Shown here piece after piece: positions 58,925 to 64,000 of a stretch of DNA of 64,000 nt. The stretch is taken from assembly GCA_965198235.1 (NCBI GenBank), contig OZ240248.1, positions 4,224,001 through 4,288,000 on the forward strand, given 5' to 3'. Made by a program: the position numbers and the translations under genes. Positions within the stretch are counted from its first letter, which is position 1; each line of letters opens with the position of its first letter. The stretch is from Candidatus Poribacteria bacterium (lineage in GTDB: Bacteria; Poribacteria; WGA-4E; WGA-3G). The notes beneath the pieces were generated by a model. The model searched no databases, was not told where the DNA came from, and saw nothing but the letters and a program-made list of their open reading frames with translations.

Positions 58925-60748
58925 ATGAACATCCGCACCCAATTAACATTCAGGTACATAGGTATTGTGCTTTTAGTGTTACTCGCAATGTATTTCTATC
59001 TTGCTACGATGCTCAAAGACTCCATGAGCAGTCGTATTACCAGCGAATTGGAAGTGCAGGCAGCATTAACTCGGGAATTTCTCATTGAAAAACTCCCTAC
59101 CAAGGAGAACTTTACTTACCACCTAATAGATCCTCTCGTCGATAGACTCGGAAAGGCTAACAACGCCCGTGTGACCTTCATTGGCTTAGACGGTGTTGTC
59201 TGGGGTGATACAGAACGGGATGGACAGGCACTACGTGCCATGGACAACCAACTCACGCGTCCAGAGGTACAGGATGCCATCAAGAAAGGAAGCGGTATTC
59301 GAGACCGATATAGCGATACAACACAGACAGAATTTCGTTACTTTGCCCTTCCAATACATCGCAACGTGGGCACGGAAATTTCTCCAAACGGACAAAGAAC
59401 CTTGATTGGCATCTGCCGCGTCGCGCTTCCGATGGTAGCCGTCAATACAGCAATTGGCAACCTCCGACGGATGGCTCTAATTGCGAGCGCGGCGGGACTA
59501 ATTCTCACAATCGTATTTAGCGTCTTTAGCACCAGTGCCATCACTAAACCGATTAAGAAATTAACCCAGATGACCCAATCGCTTGCTGCTGGCAACATAA
59601 ACTCGCGTGTACCCGTCGATTCCAGAAATGAACTCGGACAACTCTCGCAGAACTTTAACCTGATGGCAGACAGGATACAGGAACAGATTGACAAGATCTC
59701 CGAAGAGCACCGACGTTCCGCAACCATTTTGACAAACATGGGAGAAGGTGTACTACTCGTGAACGGTGCGTCTGAAATTACCTACGCCAACCGAACGGCT
59801 ATCTCTATGTTGGAACTCCCTGACCCTTATATCGGCAAAGCCTTGATCGAAATCAACCGGATTCCAGAACTACAAGCACTCCTGAAAAAGGCAGAGCAGA
59901 CAGAAACCATCGCGTTCGCAGAAATCCAGCTGGGTAACCTGAGAGAACCAGAAGCAGAGGTCACGGTTGTTCCCGTTTCTGCGGGTCAAGAGTACGTTAT
60001 CGTTATCCATGATGTCACTAAGGAACGGCAATTAGAGCGGATTCGCGCTGACTTCGTAGCGAACGTCTCACACGAACTCCGTACTCCACTTACAACGATC
60101 CGAGGTTACGCCGAAACCTTACTCAGTGAGAATTCCGTTCGGACAAAGACAGGTGAACAGTTTATTGTGAAAATTCTCAATCACTCCGCCCGACTTACAA
60201 GATTAATCTCGGACCTATTGGAACTCTCTCGGCTCGAGTTGGGTGAAGTAGAATTGAAACACTCGCCCTGTCACCTCAATACCTTCTACGAACCACTTTT
60301 AGACGTGTTTGAACCGCTATTAGAGGAATCAGGATTGGTTTTAAAATGGGAGATTTCTGAAAAGCTTCCGAAGGTTAACGTAGATCAACAACTTTTCATG
60401 CAGATTTTCGTGAACCTGATCGATAATGCCATCAAATACACACCCGATGGCGGAGCAATTACCGTTTCAGCAGAGATCTGCTATCGAGAAGAAACTGAAG
60501 GTTTCGACACAACCTCGGAAGAGATTATCCTAAGTGTAAATGATACAGGTATCGGTATCCCGATGGAATCTCAATCTCGCGTGTTCGAGCGGTTTTACCG
60601 TGTCGACGCAGGACGTGCCAGAGAAATGGGCGGCACCGGATTAGGATTGGCAATCGTTAAGCATATTGTACGCTGTCACAATGGAAGGATATGGCTGGAA
60701 AGCACACTCGGGCAAGGCAGCACATTCTACGTCGCTGTGCGATTATAA
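58925..60748 (+). CDS. PhoR-like sensor histidine kinase (HAMP, PAS, HisKA, HATPase)
   Basis: TRPEVQDA, NELGQLSQNFN, FVANVSHELRTPLT, NLIDNAIKY, FERFYRVD, GGTGLGLAIVKH. Confidence 0.92.
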   Translation: MNIRTQLTFRYIGIVLLVLLAMYFYLATMLKDSMSSRITSELEVQAALTREFLIEKLPTKENFTYHLIDPLVDRLGKANNARVTFIGLDGVVWGDTERDGQALRAMDNQLTRPEVQDAIKKGSGIRDRYSDTTQTEFRYFALPIHRNVGTEISPNGQRTLIGICRVALPMVAVNTAIGNLRRMALIASAAGLILTIVFSVFSTSAITKPIKKLTQMTQSLAAGNINSRVPVDSRNELGQLSQNFNLMADRIQEQIDKISEEHRRSATILTNMGEGVLLVNGASEITYANRTAISMLELPDPYIGKALIEINRIPELQALLKKAEQTETIAFAEIQLGNLREPEAEVTVVPVSAGQEYVIVIHDVTKERQLERIRADFVANVSHELRTPLTTIRGYAETLLSENSVRTKTGEQFIVKILNHSARLTRLISDLLELSRLELGEVELKHSPCHLNTFYEPLLDVFEPLLEESGLVLKWEISEKLPKVNVDQQLFMQIFVNLIDNAIKYTPDGGAITVSAEICYREETEGFDTTSEEIILSVNDTGIGIPMESQSRVFERFYRVDAGRAREMGGTGLGLAIVKHIVRCHNGRIWLESTLGQGSTFYVAVRL

Positions 60749-60768
60749 ACACGCGAGAATAAATAACG

Positions 60769-61446
60769 CTAAATTTTCCACACCTCTTGCGTGTAAGCCA
60801 TCTCCCAAAAAAGGTACTCATAACGGCTACTCAACAAGAAATAGTTCTTAATCCGTTCTTTTTGAGAGGTGCTATGTTCGGCTGTGAGATTGTTGAGCAG
60901 ACCCCGCAGCGACTTACCCAGCGATAGGAATTCAGGAGAGGCGTACATCTCAATCCATTCCTGATAGAGCGGTTCCGGCGAACCGCCTTGTTCGGCAAGC
61001 GTTGTCCCGATCTCGGCGTAGCCCCACTGACACGGTAGAACCCCCGCAACGACATCCGCCAAAGTCCCGACCTGTGCGACATCGAGCAGATGCCGGGTGT
61101 AAGCATGCGTCGTAGGTGCTATGGGTGCGGCTTCCATCTCAGCGGCGGAGATACCAAATTTCGCACAATACCCACGATGCAAATCCATCTCAGTGTTCAG
61201 TGTTGAATTGAGAAGCCCCGCAAACATCGCCATCGTCGCTTCGTCGGGTGCTTTGATAACACCGTGCGCAAATACACGACTATAGTCCAACAGGAAGAGA
61301 TAGTCCTGAATGAGGTAAAATTTAAATTTTTCTGTGGGGAGACTCCCATCAGCAATACCCCGAACGAACGGATGCTTAAGGTCAGCTTCCCAAATCGGTG
61401 CAGCAGTGTGTCTGAGTTCATCGGTAAATCGTCCATTTTGTGCCAT
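60769..61446 (-). CDS. tenA: Thiaminase II / aminopyrimidine aminohydrolase
   Basis: HPFVRGIADGSL, FYLIQDYLFL, LPCQWGY, WIEMY, YEYLFWEMAY; start MAQ at 61446 with AAGGAG upstream. Confidence 0.92.
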   Translation of the reverse strand: MAQNGRFTDELRHTAAPIWEADLKHPFVRGIADGSLPTEKFKFYLIQDYLFLLDYSRVFAHGVIKAPDEATMAMFAGLLNSTLNTEMDLHRGYCAKFGISAAEMEAAPIAPTTHAYTRHLLDVAQVGTLADVVAGVLPCQWGYAEIGTTLAEQGGSPEPLYQEWIEMYASPEFLSLGKSLRGLLNNLTAEHSTSQKERIKNYFLLSSRYEYLFWEMAYTQEVWKI

Positions 61447-61492
61447 AGTCTTGTTGAAACTCCTTGAAAATATGCTATAATCTTTGCTGTGT

Positions 61493-61521
61493 ATCATATC
61501 CTAACAACAAAAGGATGTCAA
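61493..61521 (-). promoter_or_regulatory. Sigma70-type promoter for tenA, overlapping a divergent extended -10 (TGCTATAAT)
   Basis: TTGACA-N17-TATGAT on the minus strand. Confidence 0.55.
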
Positions 61522-61522
61522 A

Positions 61523-62410
61523 ATGTTTGAAAAACTCGGAATAGTAACCAATATCTGGTCTGAAGAGGTAGAAAACGGGGCGCGCTTCGATGAACTTATG
61601 GTGGAATTCGGCGCGAACGGATTTAAGGATATGGAGGTCCGCGAAGGCGATTACCTCCGCAACTCCGAATTCGGGGAACTCATTCAACAACTCGAATCCG
61701 CGATGCCTGACTACACCGCCACAGAATACAAAACTATCTGTGATGCTATCTGGACAGAACAACCTTACGAAACGAAACATTCCTCGCTCTTTGCAGAGGT
61801 TGCATCTTTCGTCCAAAAAGCATCCGGACTTACCTTGAGTTATGCCAGGTCCCATCCTTGGCTCTCATCCCCAAAGGACAGTGAAGCAGACACACAACAG
61901 ATTGTTACGGCGAAGAAGTTGGCATACCTACTCTGCCCAGCGCGACCGCGGCTTCGTCTCGTCGATCCCGACACCGAAGGAGACATCAACGAATCCGCTG
62001 CTATCGCCAACCTAAAGCATTACAATGCACTCTTACCGGACTTTCCGATGATTTTTGCCGTAGAGAACGCTCGACAAACCGCTACACTGACCTTGAAGTT
62101 AGCCGTCGCGGGCGGTGCCAAACTCACCTACGACGAAACAAACACATACCGCGCTGACGGGACAACGGTGAATCCGCCAGACGAATTCTGGGGTGCCGTC
62201 AAAATGGCGGATCTCACCTCGGTCCATTTCAAACAGAAAACCGAAGACGGTGTTCTCTCAGAAGTAGATGACGGCTTTGTCGATTTTCGGGCAATTGCCG
62301 AACGCTTGAAAACACAACACTATACCGGCGATCTGCTACTCGAAAACACTCCGACTGCGCATTCTCTGCAAGATGCCCTGCGGAGTCGAGAGTATCTGCT
62401 CGGTTGCTAA
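61523..62410 (+). CDS. Hypothetical protein, xylose-isomerase-like TIM barrel (AP endonuclease 2 fold)
   Basis: GFKDMEV, AVEN, LTYDETN, SVHFKQ, DGFVDF, YTGDLLLEN. Confidence 0.65.
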   Translation: MFEKLGIVTNIWSEEVENGARFDELMVEFGANGFKDMEVREGDYLRNSEFGELIQQLESAMPDYTATEYKTICDAIWTEQPYETKHSSLFAEVASFVQKASGLTLSYARSHPWLSSPKDSEADTQQIVTAKKLAYLLCPARPRLRLVDPDTEGDINESAAIANLKHYNALLPDFPMIFAVENARQTATLTLKLAVAGGAKLTYDETNTYRADGTTVNPPDEFWGAVKMADLTSVHFKQKTEDGVLSEVDDGFVDFRAIAERLKTQHYTGDLLLENTPTAHSLQDALRSREYLLGC

Positions 62411-62443
62411 GAAGATATCCACAATACGAGACAGATCACTCAT

Positions 62444-63259
62444 CTACATCGTCTTAAGCTTACCCCACGTGGTAGCGAGTTTCGCTTTCGGAGAAACTGG
62501 CAATATTGTATCTAATCCGAGTTCACGGATCATCTCTGTCTCTTCAAACGTAAGTGCGACACCGTTGAAAAGGGCGACGTGCGTAATCGAAACGGAGAAG
62601 AAGCCACCGGGGAGTTTATTACATTCTAATAGACACCCCATGAGGAGTGGATAAGCCTCCTGCGTCAAGTCATTTCCCTTGATGACCTTCGCGGCAACCT
62701 CTTCGCCATCTCTGTAGATAAAAGAGTCTGCATCGCGTGTGACGACTGCAGCGACAAACTGCCATGTGTTAACCTCCATCGTCCCTGCCGGACTGATGAT
62801 ACTTCCATTATCCGAGCCGTTTGCTGAAGTTTCTAAGCGGATCGCGCCGGGACCGGTGTCACCAATATCGAGAATCCAACCGCCGTTCCAGCACCACGCG
62901 CCTTTGGAGATGATACCTTTTCCATCACCCGGTGCAGCAGGATTCAACCATGCGACTAAAGTAAAATCATTCTCCCCAACGTTGACGGTATCACTGTGCG
63001 GAATCTCAAGATAGTCGTCCTTGCCATCAAATTTGAGGGCTGGACCGAGGTCACTATCTATCCATTTCGGATCCCCCTCGATTGTCCCATCGTTGCCGTT
63101 CCCCGAATGATCCTTTACCGTGTTGCCTTTACCTTCATCAAAGAGCCAGACACCTGCCAAGGTGCCTAAATCTATTTCAGCATAGCCTATCGCCACTGAA
63201 GCAAGCAGCATCCATACAAGGACTATGTATATCCAAGTCGTATTAATTTTCATTCTCAT
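62444..63259 (-). CDS. Secreted LamG domain protein with KLATTW C-terminal motif
   Basis: GVWLFDEGKGNTVKDHSGNGNDG, ALKFDGKDDY, FTLVAW; ends VSPKAKLATTWGKLK. Confidence 0.88.
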   Translation of the reverse strand: MRMKINTTWIYIVLVWMLLASVAIGYAEIDLGTLAGVWLFDEGKGNTVKDHSGNGNDGTIEGDPKWIDSDLGPALKFDGKDDYLEIPHSDTVNVGENDFTLVAWLNPAAPGDGKGIISKGAWCWNGGWILDIGDTGPGAIRLETSANGSDNGSIISPAGTMEVNTWQFVAAVVTRDADSFIYRDGEEVAAKVIKGNDLTQEAYPLLMGCLLECNKLPGGFFSVSITHVALFNGVALTFEETEMIRELGLDTILPVSPKAKLATTWGKLKTM

Positions 63260-64000
63260 TCTCCTTTTGACAGCCGTTTAATCGTAAATCCGTTCCACAC
63301 CCAACGTTTTTTATCTGTATAAATCACTTGGGTTAGACGCTCGTCGGTAATAGTAACAGTGTATCGTCTCTCCGCAGATTCATCCGCTGAGGTAAGACGT
63401 AGTTTCTGGAATTTCTTTTCGCCGTTCGCAATCAGGTTAATCTCCACCGGTGCAACGATCCCCGCGTAGAAATAACACGTTATCTCATAAGTGCCATTGG
63501 GGAGTGCGATTCTGAAAACACCATCCTCTTCACCCCAGAGGTTATCTTGATACAGAAGAAGATTCGGTTCACCTACTGCCAAGACCTCGCGTATGTCCCG
63601 CGCAGATTTCGTGTTTTCGGTATGCCAATATTTGAGTTCAAAACCACCTCCGCCGGTTCTGAATCTATCCTGCACAGATTTCGACATCCAACCATACCGA
63701 CCGTCTGTATAGCCCGTGTCCTTGTATATAAGGATGTGCCCTGGAGCAGTCTCTGCATCGCGCGGTTGCATGTCGAACGTGATTGCAGTCGTGTCCTGCC
63801 ATAATTGCGCGTCTGGTGCTGCTCTCTTTCGCCGGTAAAGCCGATTAAAGTTAGTTGAATGGATCACTTCATAATCTTGAACAAGATCTCCAACACCATC
63901 ATACTCTGTTCGCCAAACAAGGACATAGTCCGCCGGCATTTTCCTGTTCTTGTAGCGCAGCGGAAAATGATCCGTGCTGGGCTCATAGTTCTGAAGATAC
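63256..64000 (-). CDS. 3' part of a larger hypothetical protein, 5' end beyond the window edge
   Basis: Frame stays open from 63939 to 64000 (YLQNYEPSTDHFPLRYKNRK-MPADY); C-terminal FRIALPNGTYEIT beta-sandwich-like module. Confidence 0.65.
   Translation of the reverse strand, partial: YLQNYEPSTDHFPLRYKNRKMPADYVLVWRTEYDGVGDLVQDYEVIHSTNFNRLYRRKRAAPDAQLWQDTTAITFDMQPRDAETAPGHILIYKDTGYTDGRYGWMSKSVQDRFRTGGGGFELKYWHTENTKSARDIREVLAVGEPNLLLYQDNLWGEEDGVFRIALPNGTYEITCYFYAGIVAPVEINLIANGEKKFQKLRLTSADESAERRYTVTITDERLTQVIYTDKKRWVWNGFTIKRLSKGE

Noticed and set aside
61447-61522. TPP riboswitch upstream of tenA
   Set aside because: Only 76 bp of intergenic sequence, occupied by promoter elements, with no CTGAGA core.

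Overview
Gene-dense bacterial chromosomal window of moderate GC. It is most consistent with Candidatus Poribacteria; this is inferred from three secreted proteins ending in V-x-x-x-[GA]-KLA-x-TW-x-x-[LM]K and one protein with a dockerin plus an NYPNPFNPETWIPYQL C-terminal domain. Housekeeping genes are nusB, lptF/lptG, purD, trpF, aroA, tsaB, tenA, a PhoR-like kinase, a Ski2-like helicase and tRNA-Ala(GGC). Accessory content includes catabolic enzymes, a sigma54-type promoter ahead of a beta-barrel gene and two ammonium transporters, a CfrBI-like restriction-modification pair whose methyltransferase carries HEAT repeats, and a BrnT/BrnA-type toxin-antitoxin pair. The strongest signal lies between genes. 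Several families of short non-autonomous elements occur, some with clean terminal inverted repeats (TIRs) and 5-bp, 9-bp or TA target-site duplications (TSDs), and they carry unrelated REP-like hairpins inside. A ~21-nt unit (GAAACACCCAAGCAAAAACAC) has been inserted and tandemly expanded within these elements, and one family supplies the start-codon region of both trpF and aroA. No transposase, integrase or CRISPR array was seen. All family assignments come from motif recognition by eye, not database searches.
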